Part shown: positions 1 to 12,160 of the stretch, one piece after another | Numbering within the stretch: position 1 is the stretch's first letter | Layout: each line of letters begins with the position of its first letter | Origin: Hypanus sabinus | Lineage: Eukaryota | Reading direction: 5' to 3' | Assembly (NCBI RefSeq): GCF_030144855.1 | Contig: NC_082721.1 | Location: 43,400,001-43,464,000 of the forward strand | DNA: 64,000 nt | Translations under genes and position numbers: made by a program | Notes under the pieces: generated by a model | Databases searched by the model: none | Told to the model about the DNA's origin: nothing | The model's input: the letters and a program-made list of their open reading frames with translations, nothing else

Positions 1-565
1 GGCCTGATGGTTTAACTGTGTGACAGTGAACTCACCCTCATTACATTGCCAAAGGCTGGTTTCTTTTCAAATAAAATCAAAGGAATATAAAAATGAAGAG
101 ATTCGTAAAATATGGCTTCTGTTCACTGCCATCTATTTTACGCATGATCACTTCCACCAGTACGATCATTGACAGGAGCATCTGCCACTAGTGGACAAGT
201 GAGTTTGAGATTAAATATGTTTCTCTCTGCTGTTGATCACTCATTGTCTTTGGAAGGCTCAGATTGAAAGTTCTGTCTTTCAGGACTTGGCCAACCCAAT
301 ATCTGGTGGAGCAAGCAAGCCACCCTTGTGATGGTCATTAAAGTCTAGACAAAATTCTGTGTCCGTGCTTCTCTCACTATTTGCCGATCATGGAAATCAT
401 TAATTCATCAATGCAGGGAGGCCAGGGGATTTTAATCAGGAGGAGGTCTCCCTGTCAATGTTTCACCTCATGTGATGAGAATTCCCAGTGTCTGGATTCA
501 ATGCTCAAGACACCATGGGATCCCTTTCCTTGCCAGCACACCAATGATGAAAAACAATAAATCAT

Positions 566-873
566 ATTTGATAAGGTACCACATACAAGGCTTAATGAGA
601 AAATAAGCAGGCGTGGTATCCAAGGGAGCATTGCTTTGTGGATCCAGAATTGGCTTGCCCACAAAGGCAAAGAGTGGTTGTAGATGGGTCACCAGTCTGC
701 ATGGAGGTCGGTCACCAGTGGAGTGTCTCAGGAATCTGTTCTGGGACCTTTACTCTTCATGATTTTTATAAATGAGCAGGATGATGAAGTGGAGGGATGG
801 GTTAGTAAGTTTGTTGATGACACAAAGGTTGGAGGTGTTGTGGATAGTGTGGTGGGCTGTCAGAAATTGCAAC
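566..873 (+). mobile_element. CR1-clade LINE RT fragment, 5' part, split by the L1 insertion
   Basis: ORF 684-932 reads SAWRSVTSGVSQESVLGPLLFMIFINE...SKFVDDTKVGG (CR1 RT SGVPQG and FADD regions). Confidence 0.9.
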
Positions 874-3107
874 GGAGGGGGACATCACGTGATGACATAG
901 GATTGAGACGTGGAAATCCAGCTCTCCCGTAAAAACCAGTAAAATAATGTTTAAGTGAAGCAAAGTTAGTAAATACTTTTTAAAAATTACTTATAAACTA
1001 CTCATGATTGTCTTAAGATATGTCTCCTAAACAGAAGCAGAAGAAAACTACTACTTTGAAGACAACACAGGTTGGAAAAGAATCAAGGCCAGCAGCCATG
1101 AAAGAGCCTCTGGCTCAAGTGCATTTTACCTCCGGCGATACAGAATAGGAAACTGCGGCAACATCAACCGTATCCAAAAAAAAAAAGAGCAACAGGAATT
1201 GCGTTCGCATGAAGGAAGGGGAATGCACAAACACGAGCAACCCAAACTACAAATCCCACCTATGATCGGAACTGAAAGTGAAAGTGAATATGAGGTGGAA
1301 TCAGATTCTCTGGTAAATCAGAAGAAGATGAAGAGACAAACAAAGTAGAGCAACAGGAAGAGGTTGGAGGTGATATTGGAGACATAAAAAAATCTTTGGT
1401 GCAAATAATGCATGAATTAAAAGCATTAAAAGTAATAAAAAAGATATTAAAATATGAAGATAATGTTTGGTAAAATGATGAAAAGACAAAATGGACGAGA
1501 AAATTAAAAACTTGGAAGAAATAACGGGAGACACAATTGATAGAGTGAATAAAATGGAGGATTACATTTCTGCCTGGACATCAGAAAGAAAATGGTTGTT
1601 GGAAAAAGTGGATGTACTTGAAAATTTTAACAGATGAAATAATATTAAGATTGTTGGACTTACAGAAGGTATAGAAGGAGAAGATCCAATAATTTTTTTC
1701 AAAAATGGATTCTGGAAATTTTGGAAATGGAAGAAGGAACCCAGTTTATTGAAACTGAAAGGGCTCAAAGAGCCTTAAGATCAAGGCCTCAAGCTGATCA
1801 AAACCCATGATCAATCTTGATAAAATGCTTAAGATATCAAGATAAAGAAAAGATCCTGAAGGCGGCTGCCTAAAGTGCCAGAAAGAGAAACGGGCCATTG
1901 ATGATAGAAGGGAAAACAGTTCTTTTCTATCCTGATATAAGTTATGACCTTTTGAAGAGAAAGAAGGAATTTAACTCAGCGAAGAAAGTTTTATGGGAAA
2001 AGGGTTATAAATTTATATTGCACCACCTGGCAACCCTGATAACTTTTTTGGATGACGGGAAAAGAAGATCTTTTACTGATTATCAGGATGTGGAAGAATT
2101 TGCACAAGAACTTTAAAATATTCGCTAACCACAGCCAAAGATTTAAAGGTGAAATGGATTAAAGAAGAAGACAGGGACAGTGAATGGAGTTGATGGATGT
2201 TTAAGGACAGAAGAATATTTAAATATATTCTTAATTATATGATACAGGGGGAGAAAGGTAAAAATTTGAGAAATATTAATCGAGAGTAGTGATATTATTT
2301 TTTCTTCTCTTACATATACTTTTTTATGTTACGGGGGAGCTGGGGGAACTTTGGATCGATTGCAATGGGATTCACGTGTGTAATCCTGGCAATTGTCATG
2401 ACCCGTACAACGGAGGGGGGTAATGTTGTGTTTTTACTTTATTCACAACATTAGTAGGGGGGTATTTTGTTATTTTTTTTCTTTATAATCTATTTTTCTT
2501 TAATCTTTCTTTCTTTGCCTGGACAATCGGGGGGGGGGGGGGGGGGACGGGGACGACACATAGCAACACGGAGAATTTTAAAAAGATTCCCCAAGGTACC
2601 ACGAAAGTTGAAAAGTTAGGTACTACTATAGACTGGAGTAACCCTGTTAAAAATAATGACTAATTTACAGAATTTTTAAAGTTTTAATGTTAATGGGCTT
2701 AATGGACTGGTGAAAAGAAAAATAATTTTAACATACATTAAGAGAATGAAAATAGATATAGCTTTTAACTGCATTCCATTTGAGAAAATTACTTATAATT
2801 TAAGAGATAAATACGAAATATTTCTGAAAATTTGGCTCCCTTATTTACAAAAGAGGATTAAATATATAGGTGCTCTGAAGATAAAATTATTGGGTATTTG
2901 GGGAAATAAATAAATATATATATTAAAGCTATTATGGACTCTGTGGAGCATGTGGGGATCTTCTGATATCCAGTCATTCCTTCCTTCCTTTCTTTTTTTC
3001 TCTTTTTTTTCTCTTTCTACAGGGATATGTTAGGGGGAAGGGTTGATAATTTTTTCCCCCTTCTGTAACTATTTGAAAATTTAATAAAAAAATTTATATA
3101 AAAAAAA
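874..3107 (+). mobile_element. L1-derived element A: 5'UTR, ORF1, ORF2 almost entirely deleted, 3'UTR, poly(A)
   Basis: 12-bp TSD agaaattgcaac at 862-873 and 3108-3119. The 5' end gggggacatcacgtgatgac matches the 36604 and 61625 elements. ORF2 N-terminus (KRKIILTYIKRMKIDIAF) is fused at about 2766 to the ORF2 C-terminus (CIPFEKITYNLRDKYEIFLKIW). Confidence 0.92.
1020..2128 (+). pseudogene. L1 ORF1p (coiled coil, RRM, CTD), disrupted
   Basis: MSPKQKQKK start; fragments NNIKIVGL and MIEGKTVLFYPDISYDLLKRKKEFNSAKKVLWEKGY; stops and frameshifts. Confidence 0.88.
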
Positions 3108-3960
3108 AGAAATTGCAACAGGACATGGATGGGATGCAAAACTGGGCTTAGATGTGGCAGTTGGAGTTCAACAGAGTTAAATGTGAAGTGGTCCATTTTG
3201 GAAGTTCAAATATGATGGCAGATTATAGTATTAATGGTGCGACACTCTGCAGTGTGGAGGATCAGAGGGATCTTGGGGTCCGAGTCCATAGGACACTCAA
3301 AGCAGCTACACAGGTTGACTATGTGACTAGGAAGGCATATGGTATATTGGTCCTAATCAATTGTGGAGTTGAATTTAGGATACAAGTTGTAATGTTGCAG
3401 CTATATAGGACCCTGTTCATACATCACTTGGAGTACTGTGCTCAGTTCTGGTCACCTCACTACAGGAAGGATGTGGAAGCCATAGAAAGGATGCAGAGGA
3501 GATTTACAAGGATGCTGCCTGGATAGGGGAGCATGCTTTATGAAAATATGTTGAGTGAACTCGGCTTTTTCTCCTTGGAGCAAAGGAGGATGAGAGGTGA
3601 CCTGATAGAGGTGGACAAGATGATGAGAGGCATTGATCGTGTGGAAGGTCAGAGGACTTTTCCTTGGGCTGAAGTGGTTGACTGAAGAGGACATGGGTTT
3701 AAGGTGCTGGGGAGTAAGTACAGAGGAGATATCAGGGGTAAGTTTTTTACTCAGAGTGGTGAGTGCGTTGAATGGGCTGCCGGCAATGGTGGTGGAGACA
3801 GATACGATAAAGTCTTTGAAGTGGCTTTTAGATAGGAACCTGGTGCTTAGTAAAATAGAGGGCTATAAGTAAGCCTAGTAATTTTTGAGGTAGGGCCATG
3901 TTCGGCACAACTTTGTGGGCCGAAGGGCCTGTACTGTGCTGTGGTTTCTCTATGTTTCTA
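3108..3960 (+). mobile_element. CR1 LINE 3' part (RT C-terminus and 3'UTR)
   Basis: WQLEFNRVKCEVVHFG...HLEYCAQFWSPHYRKDVEAIERMQRRFTRMLPG, continuing the 566-873 frame; tail gggccgaagggcctgtactgtgctgt. Confidence 0.92.
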
Positions 3961-4228
3961 TAAATACCTTCAGGCTCCAGTTAGTCTTAAACACTCAGGC
4001 CAAAGAAAACAGGCAGAGACAATAAGTAGTAGATCTGACATATCTTATTCTCATAGTTACATGTTGTCCTGAAGCATAAAAAGTTCTCCAAAATAATTTC
4101 TCATTTACTTACACGGAAACTTCCCCCGAATCCTTTCAAATTTTTTTCTGTCAAAATTAGGATTATCTCAAATTCCTTGGAGAAAAGAACACTGAACACT
4201 CAGCAGGAAATTTTATTTTCTTTTGTTT

Positions 4229-4300
4229 TCTCTCTCTCCCTCTCTGCTCCCTACCCCACCCTCTCTCTCTCATTCTCTTTCTCTCTCTCTCTCTCTCTCT
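4229..4300. repeat. (CT)n microsatellite
   Basis: Interrupted ctctctct run. Confidence 0.9.
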
Positions 4301-6062
4301 GACAATCTACTTCTCAGGAAAACTTTGATCTCATAGCATTCATATTCTGAAGGGTGAAATGGGAGAGCAGATTAAAATGGAATTATCTGCATTTTTAAGA
4401 GATATTTAAGTTTCAGCTTTTAAACCAAAGGATTGATGGAGGATAATAATGATGTAAACTCATACATTCAAACTTATCCCACATCAGCCAGAACAGCAGC
4501 AGCCTGAAGATAAAGCAGCTATGACTATAGTGAAATGGTTTGCTGTCGATGAAGGTACAGATGCATATCTCTGTACGGAAAGCAGCAGAAGATTTGACCA
4601 AATAAATGAATAAAAGGGAAAAAAACACATTGGAAGTCAGTTTAACTCTGGCTGGATTTAACGTGTGTGGCATTGAAATGAAGCCCTATTCTACACCTGC
4701 TTCATTTCTCTGTTCTTTTTGACTGCAATAGAAAGGGAAATGGGCTTAGAAAATGGAATTAGACTGAATTCACCACCACCAAATTAAACCAAAGCTCAGA
4801 TTAACATTTCCTTCCACCCGAATTTAGTGAATGAAACTGTGGAGTGGTTACTCAGACAAGCAACATTTCAAAATTTCTGAAACAATTCCCTTTCTGACTG
4901 TCACAATTCAAGGAGAGCAACAACCATGATGTCCCTTTAAACAGTCAGTGCCTGATAGATTCTTAAAATAAAAAATGGTAGAACAGAAACTATGATATTT
5001 GAGTAATGATGTATGAAAAGCAGATGATAACATCTTGTCTCAGTTCTGGCCAGCCCCTCACCTTAAAATAACAGCTCATTTCCTGCTGGGGTTGCAGATG
5101 TTTTTGTTCAAATGGTTAAACCAGGTTAGGTTTAAATCATTTCGCTGGACACCATAACGCAAAGGGCTGTGAGAGCCAATTCTGCACTGTCAGTCTAAAC
5201 GAGTAAAAATAAATAAACTAGGTAGAGGGAAACTAAAAATAGATAGGCAGGTGTATACGTGTGTGTCTTTGCGGGCCAGCATTGGCCTACCAAGGACAGG
5301 CAGTTGGATGACATGAGCAGCTTCTCCATGTAATACTTGGATAAGCGCAGAAGGGCTCTTGTGTCGCACAATCGCCAATGTATCCTGCTATGTGTTCCCA
5401 GAACTATCATGTAATGCAATTAATCTGCCTGCCCTGGAGCACTGAAATGGGGTCTTCGAGTCTTGCTGCGGATTCTGCAGTTAATGATCTCAAGTCTTTA
5501 AATTAAAAACCACGATGTTCTCCTCAGACAGGAGTAAGATAGCCTATAGAACTTCCCTCCTCTTGGGCAGAGTCCTTTTATGAGCACTTGTTTTATGAGA
5601 GAAGGATGCTCCAGCATATTCTGAAATCAAGTTGTTTTTCTCAAGAATGATGAGGAGGGTATTGTTTCATCCTGCCAGGGACTTAAACTCTTTGAGCTGC
5701 ATCTGGGAATATGATCCGTGGCTGACTATTCCAGTGATTACATATCTTAGTGACATAGAGTAGGTTTTGGTTGCTCTCTTTAGCCAGGGATGACATCACC
5801 AGCTAAGAGACATTCTTGCAACCAGGGTTTAGGTGAGGATCTGCAGGAATTTATGGACATCAACGTAAGAATCTAGAACCATATTTCTGAAAGAAGGCCG
5901 GAGAGATGCGCTGATTTCACCTTGAAGGCCAGTTCTTAGAACTGCCCGATGACTAGACCGGTTCCTCAATCTGATAACCAATGCAGATTCCGGCAAACAT
6001 TTCTGGAAGATCCCATGCAACCTGGAAGAACCTGGGTCTCCCAGCAGAGTGAGAAGTATGCA

Positions 6063-6735
6063 TGTAACGTTCTCCTTCGGGTGTACTAATAATGCCGAAT
6101 TCAACGTCGAGATAAACCACAGTCAATGAAACCAGATCGCAGTAAGATTAACCATTTACTGTTCACTCTTCACATTAACATATGGTGAAAACTGTTGATA
6201 AAACAATACAAGATTGATACAGTATTTGTTCCTTCCTTAATATCACATTTCAATTGTAAATACTTGTAAAGGTGACTATAACTACATTACACTAAGGTGC
6301 AGTATACAGGGAGAGTTTACCTGCTCCATTGACTACTTTAAATACACTTCCATGCAAACTATCCACAACTCTTTAACTAACGAAAGCTTAAACATTATCG
6401 ACCGTCGTTACTTTTAACAGGATCAGCATTAATATCTTAGTTCAATATATCGATTATCTATTAACTTACAGTGTTGCTCTCACTGTGATTTCTAATGCCT
6501 GCAAAACAACTTCTGCTCAGGTGTGCCTCGTGGTGAGCCCCCACCCTCGTGTTAATTTCAAACCGGTACTTTCCCACAAGACGCGGCGAAACCGGATGTG
6601 ACGTCATCGCATGCCGATATATTTTACATGCAATGAATATACTTTAAACACTTCTAATTCTAACTAGAAAATACTATCAAATGAATTACTAAGCGAAAAT
6701 ATTATAAACTAAATAACTGTCGTAAAGACAGCACA
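6063..6735 (-). mobile_element. Solo LTR, 673 bp
   Basis: TG...CA termini (tgtaacg...cagcaca); perfect 5-bp TSD atgca at 6058-6062 and 6736-6740. Orientation is inferred. Confidence 0.8.
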
Positions 6736-6849
6736 ATGCATGAGGCAGCGGTGTTGCTGATACTGCGGTAAAGCCTGCCTTGAGTCACATCCCATCCAGT
6801 GAAAGCAAAACTGAAACATTCTCAAGCTTCTCTCTCATTTCGTCAAGTC

Positions 6850-7144
6850 CTGGAGTGGTCTTCCCATCCCTGTTATCTTGGGGGAGACATGAGCATTCTG
6901 TGAAAGCCTTGGCAGCCTCTGGTTCCACAGTAATTTTATTGGACACCAGACTAGCAGAGAAAATCCAGATTTCTAAGGTATACCTCAACCAACCCATCTC
7001 TGCTATGGCCCTGGGTAATAGGTTATTGGGAGCTAGACAAATCTATTATCTTGCCGTCTCTCTCAGGTTGACTATTGGAAGTCACGAGAAGATGATTCAT
7101 TTTCACATTATTCATTGTTTGTGCATTCACCTAACCCTCGGTTA
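6850..7144 (+). mobile_element. Old Gypsy (Tf2/chromovirus-like) protease remnant, part 1
   Basis: HSVKALAASGSTVILLDTRLAEKIQI...LRLTIGSHEKMIHFHIIH...LTLGY resembles a retropepsin with the catalytic Asp lost. Confidence 0.7.
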
Positions 7145-7342
7145 CAGTGCCTATAAAAGGTATTCAACCACACTGGAAGTTTTCGCGTTTTATTGTTTTT
7201 CAACATTGAATCTCAGTGAACTGAATTTGGCTTTTTTAACACTGATCAACAGAAAAAACAAGACTTTTTCATGTCAAAGTGAAAACAGATCTCTACAAAG
7301 TGATCTAACTTAATTGCAAATATAAAACAAAGTAATTAACTG

Positions 7343-8105
7343 TAACAGGAGAAAATCTGAAGATGCTGGAAATCAAAGCAACACACACAAAATGCTGGAG
7401 GAACTAAGCAGGCCAGGCAGTATTACTGGAAAAAAATTACAGTCGACGTTTCGGGCTGAGACCTTCAGCAGGACTGGAGAAGAAAAGATGAGGAGCAGAT
7501 TTAAGAGGTGGAAGTGGTAAGAGAAAAATAAAGTGATAGATGAAACCATGAGGAGAGATGAAGTCGCTGGTGAAAGAAATACAGGGTCAGAGAAGGTGGA
7601 GTCTGATAGGAGAGGAGATTAAGTCATGGAAGAAGGAAAAGGCAGGGAGGAGCAACAGAGGGAAGTGATGGCCGGGCAGAAAATAAGGTAATACAGGGAA
7701 AAGGGAATGGGGATTGGTGAAGTCATTACCAGTAGTTTGAGAAATTGTTATTCCTGCCATCAGTTTGGTAGCTACCAGGATGGAATACAAGGAGTTGTTC
7801 CTCCAACCTGAGTGTGGCTTCATTGTGACAGTAGATGAGGCCATGGATTGAAGTATAATAATAGGAATCGGAAGTGGAGTTAAAATGGTTGGCTAGAGGG
7901 AGATACTGCTTCTTCTGGCTGACGGAACTTAAGTGCTTGACAAAGCAGTCTCCCAATCTACATCAGGTCTCACCAATATACAGAGTGCCAGACCAGGAAC
8001 ATCAAACACAGTATACGACCCCTAACATACTCACAGGGGAAGTCTTGCCACACTTGGAAAGACTGTTTGGGACCCTGTTTGTATGTTGCCTTGTGTGTGT
8101 TGCTT
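7343..8105 (-). mobile_element. Penelope-like element 3' part (GIY-YIG endonuclease C-terminus and 3' end)
   Basis: Minus strand LYIGET..RLGDCFVKHL...LANHFNS...LEEQLLVFH; terminal gatgctggaaatc...gacgtttcggg motif. Confidence 0.78.
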
Positions 8106-8958
8106 AAATGATTGATTTCATAAGAAGTCACCTGCTTAAAGTCAGTATTTTTGTAGAACCATCTTTGGCAGCACTTACAACCTTGAGTCTGTGTGGAGAT
8201 GTCCCTATCAGCTTTGCACATCTGGACTTTAGAAGTTCTTCCCCTTCTTCTTTGCAAAATTGCTCAAACTCTGTCAGATCGCATGGGGATCATGAGTTAA
8301 CAGCTCTTCTCAAGACCAGCCACAAATCCTCAATTTGATTGAGGTCTGGTCTCTGACTTGGCCACTCCACGGCATTAACTTTTTTTGTTTTTAAGCCATT
8401 CCTTCGTAGGTTTGGCTTAAGTTGCAGTTCACTTGCGGACTGGATTTGGTTTATCTCCAGGATTTCCCTGTATTTTGCTGCAGTAATTTTACCCTCTAAC
8501 TTGACAAGCCTTCCAAGGCCTGCTGCAGTGAAGCATCCCCAGAGCATGCTTCAAGGAGGGATGGTGTGTTGCTGCTGATCGGTGGTGATTGGCTTACGCC
8601 AAACGTAGTGTTTATCCCGATGGCCAAAATGTTCAACACTGGTTTCATTAGACCACTAAACCTTCTTTGAGCTGACTTCAGAGTCTTTTAAATGACTTTT
8701 GGCAAACTCTAGCCGAGATTTCATGTGAGATTTTTTCAGCAGTGGCTTTCTGTTTGCTGCTCTCCTATAACGTTGCAACTGCTGAAGCAACTGGGCAACA
8801 GATGATGTATATGCAATCTCTCCCACCTCAGCTACTGAAGCTAGTAACTTTTCCAGAGTTGTCATGTTTCCCTTTATGGTCTCCCTCACTCATTCCATTC
8901 TTGCATGGTTACTCAGTTTTTGAGGATGGCCTGCTCCAGGCATATTTACAGCTGTACC

Positions 8959-9956
8959 TGTCATGGTTCGGTCCGTTAAGTCCGCATTCCGGTTCACGGT
9001 CCGGTCCCTGGACTCTGGACTCCAGGTCTTCCGACTGTTCCTTGCTTCATTTGGGCTTAATCATAGGCTCCTGATGTTCATCTTGGGGCTGCTAGTTTGT
9101 CATGTTGGTATCCCCTTGGAGCAACTTGCTGGTGGAAGGCTAGAGCAGTGCTTCATGATCTGTAGGCCTGGTTGGAGGACCACTGCTTCATAGAGCCTTG
9201 TTGTCTCTAGTCGGAGTAGTCATCAGGATATGGATCTGGCCGTTTCTGTGGCCAGCTGAGTGGCCGTCTGCCACTCTGAGCCTTATATGGATTTGGCTGT
9301 TTCCGCAGCCAGCCAAGGTTGCTGGATGCCCCGAGACTTGGATCCACCCCGGATTGAGCTCCCTTCCTGTGCTTGCCACTGTGGGTAAGTCAGGCTGTCC
9401 TTGCTGTTACCCTGCGGATGGATGTTTCCCTATCTGTCCTTGCCTCGGTTGGGTAAGTCAGGCCATCTTTGCCATTACCCTGAGGCTGGTCTGTTCCCTT
9501 CCCCTCTCCATCTGAATCCCTGACAGTTTCCTCAGTGGTTTACCATGGCAGTCATCCCAGTCCCGCTGCCTAGTAAGCATCCCGGCCTGGTGTCCTAGGA
9601 GGGGACCGGCCCTGTGTTCAAAGAAGGAGTACCTCATCCTTCTCAGGAAAGCCTCGAAGAATCCAAGCCTCGCCTCGTCCTGTAGCCACGTCATGTCTTT
9701 GCTTAGTTCCAGAGTCCGAGCCTGAGTCAAGATCCAGGCTCTGCATCCTTGTTCAGTTTCTGGCTCGGAGTCCAAGCCCAGGCTCCTAGTTCCCAGTTCC
9801 TCATCCTGGTCCCACTTTCCTAGTCCAAGACTGTGTTCCTGTACCAGCTCCTAGTCTGTGTCCAGTCCCATCCCGAACTGTAGCCCAGTCCAGTTCCTAG
9901 TACTTCAGTGTCTGTGTCTTGCTTTTGGGTCCATTCCCAATGCTGCCCATATGATA
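8959..9956 (+). mobile_element. Solo LTR of about 1 kb (Gypsy-like) inserted in the Tc1 transposase
   Basis: tgtcat...atgata termini; TSD gtacc/gtgcc (1 mismatch); 3' motif ctagtacttcagtgtctgtgtcttgcttttgggtcc shared with 36847-37924 and 62591-63523. Confidence 0.75.
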
Positions 9957-10320
9957 GTGCCATATTCTTTCCATTTCTTGATGATTGACATTACTGTACT
10001 CTAAGGGATATTCAGTGACTTGGACATTTTCTTGTATCCACTTCCTGACAATACTTTTCAATAACCTTTTTGCAGAATTGCTTGGAGTGTTCTTTTGTCC
10101 TTGTGGTGTATCTTTTGCCTGGATACTGACTCAACAGCAGTTGGACCTTCCAGATGCAAGTGTATTTTACTACAATCAATTATAAAAACTTGACTAAACA
10201 CAGGTGATATCTATTTAACTAATTATGTGACTTCTAAATTGGCTGCACCAGTGATGATTTGGTGTGTCATATTAAATGGGGTGAATATTTAAGATATCAA
10301 GTATTTTGTGTGTAACATGC

Positions 10321-11590
10321 TGTAAGGTTTCACTGATAATTAATGGTTTCTCTGTGGCAGCAATGTTTGGGTTGTGACTAGAGATAATGGGGTTTGGAAT
10401 GCAGTTGTTCTTTCTTGTGAAGAGAGTTGTTCCTTTTGGAAGAGAGATTTTCATGGCCTTTGGTTGGCAAGAGGAGAAGAAGGAAGACGCGTGTGGAAAG
10501 CACTGGAAGAGCACCACATGGAGTGGACTGGCACCAAAGTTCCAAAGGTCAGCGACACTCGGAGGAGGTTGATGGCTGACGCAAGATCGTATTTGTGAGC
10601 TCCAATGTGCACTTTTGACTTTTCTCTTAAAATTATTTTATTTTCTTGACTAACTCTATATTCAGATTAACATTTATAAATATCAGTCAGTTAATTGCAT
10701 ATGGTGTACTATCTGATATTTTACGGTACGGATTTGTAACCGTGCAACACATCACGCAGCAAACACACAAACAAGATTTCTCAGTTTGGTGGGGCCAGAA
10801 GTTGTCTTCCCCTAGTTCAGGGGTCGGCAACGTTTACCACTGAAAGAGCCAATATGGACCCATTTCCCACAGAAAAGAAAACACTGCGAGCCACAAAACC
10901 CGTTTGACATTTAAAATGAAATAACACTGCATACAATGGTTTTTTTTGCCTTTATGCTATGTAAAAACAAACTATAATGTGTTGCATTTATGAAATTGAT
11001 GAACTCCTGCAGAGAAAACGAAATTACATTTCTGCATGCAACAAAAACATTTTGAACTCCGAAAAAAAGACATTGGGTTGAAGGTTAATCCACAGTTAGC
11101 CTACCTTGGATCGAAGAATTAAAAGAAAGTGCGCACTGGCGGGTGTCAGGCATTGGCAGTGGTGATGTATATTAATAGCGATAAAAAACATGTTGTAGCG
11201 GTGTGCTACACGCAGCACCAAAATAAAGACACTGCAGTCAAAGGTAACTTTATTCGAACTAAACAGCCTTGCTTTAAAGCCTCCCTCAACCCGTCCCCGT
11301 GGGCGCGGATGCCCCAAAAGACACGCACTCACAACCCCCCATAGGCTAACTCCATTAGCCGGAATGGTGGCTAATTGTGAGCCGGTTCGGATGTGCCAGG
11401 GAATGGGGTCTCCACAACGTTTTTAGATTGTACAAGATCACCATAATCTTCAAATTTTGAATTACATTTCAAAAACTAACAAACCACGGGGAGCCGCAGC
11501 ACAGAGATGAAAGAGTTGCATGCGGCTCCGGAGCCGCGGGTTGCTGACCCCTGCCCTAGATGAACACGTGCTGGTTGAACCTGAGGGTCA
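10321..11590 (+). mobile_element. LTR-like repeat interrupted by the hAT MITE
   Basis: Starts tgtaagg and ends gggtcaca; interrupts Tc1 sequence; no clear TSD. Confidence 0.5.
10818..11553. mobile_element. Non-autonomous hAT (Charlie-like) MITE, 736 bp
   Basis: TIR caggggtcggcaac / gttgctgacccctg (13 of 14 match); 8-bp TSD ccctagtt/ccctagat with a CTAG core. Confidence 0.9.
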
Positions 11591-11775
11591 CAAGTATTTT
11601 ATATTTTTAAAATTAATTTAGATCACTTTGCAGTGATATATTTTCACTTCAACATGAAAGAGTCTTTTTCTTTTGTTGAGTGTCAAAAAAGCCATATTAA
11701 ATCCATTGATTCAATGTTGTAGAACAATAAAACATAAAAATATCCAAGAGGGATGAATACTTTTCATTGGCACTA

Positions 11776-12160
11776 TACTTGTAGTTACAACTTCATAATC
11801 CTTAGATTAAATGGCTTTTGGTATAGTCCGGTTTGGTGAACCCTATGCTGGGATTAGTGGTTCTCAGACGCCAGCCCGAGTTTCAAAGAACTCTACTGTG
11901 AACCATGTCAAGTCATCAGTTGAGTTGCATCCTAACTCCTTAATACTGGATGTGAACTGAATGAAGCTGTCTGAAGTGCCAGCAGAGTACTTGGATTTGT
12001 TGGGATGTTCATCAGGAGGACAGCCACTGTGTTCTCCCCAGAAAGGGATGATAATTGCACCAACATTTTACAACTGGTATGTGTCCTCCCTGGGAAGGCT
12101 CTATGCCTTGTCTATTACTGAAAGTCAAGCAATGGAAGAATATTCTGGGAGTTGTGGACT
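11776..12160 (+). mobile_element. Old Gypsy pol remnant, part 2 (end of protease to start of RT)
   Basis: Resumes the GY/..LQLHNP..W frame after the Tc1 TA; contains LSEVPAEYLDL and GRLYALSITESQAMEEY. Confidence 0.75.

Larger units (their letters stand above)
7145..11775 (-). mobile_element. Tc1/mariner DNA transposon, degenerate, carrying nested insertions
   Basis: TA flanks; long imperfect TIRs (cagtgcctataaaaggtattca / tgaatacttttcattggcacta); transposase fragments RKPLLKKSHMKSRLEFAK, MLWGCFTAAG and WPSQRPDLNQIEDLW; the QDND motif region is deleted. Confidence 0.88.
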
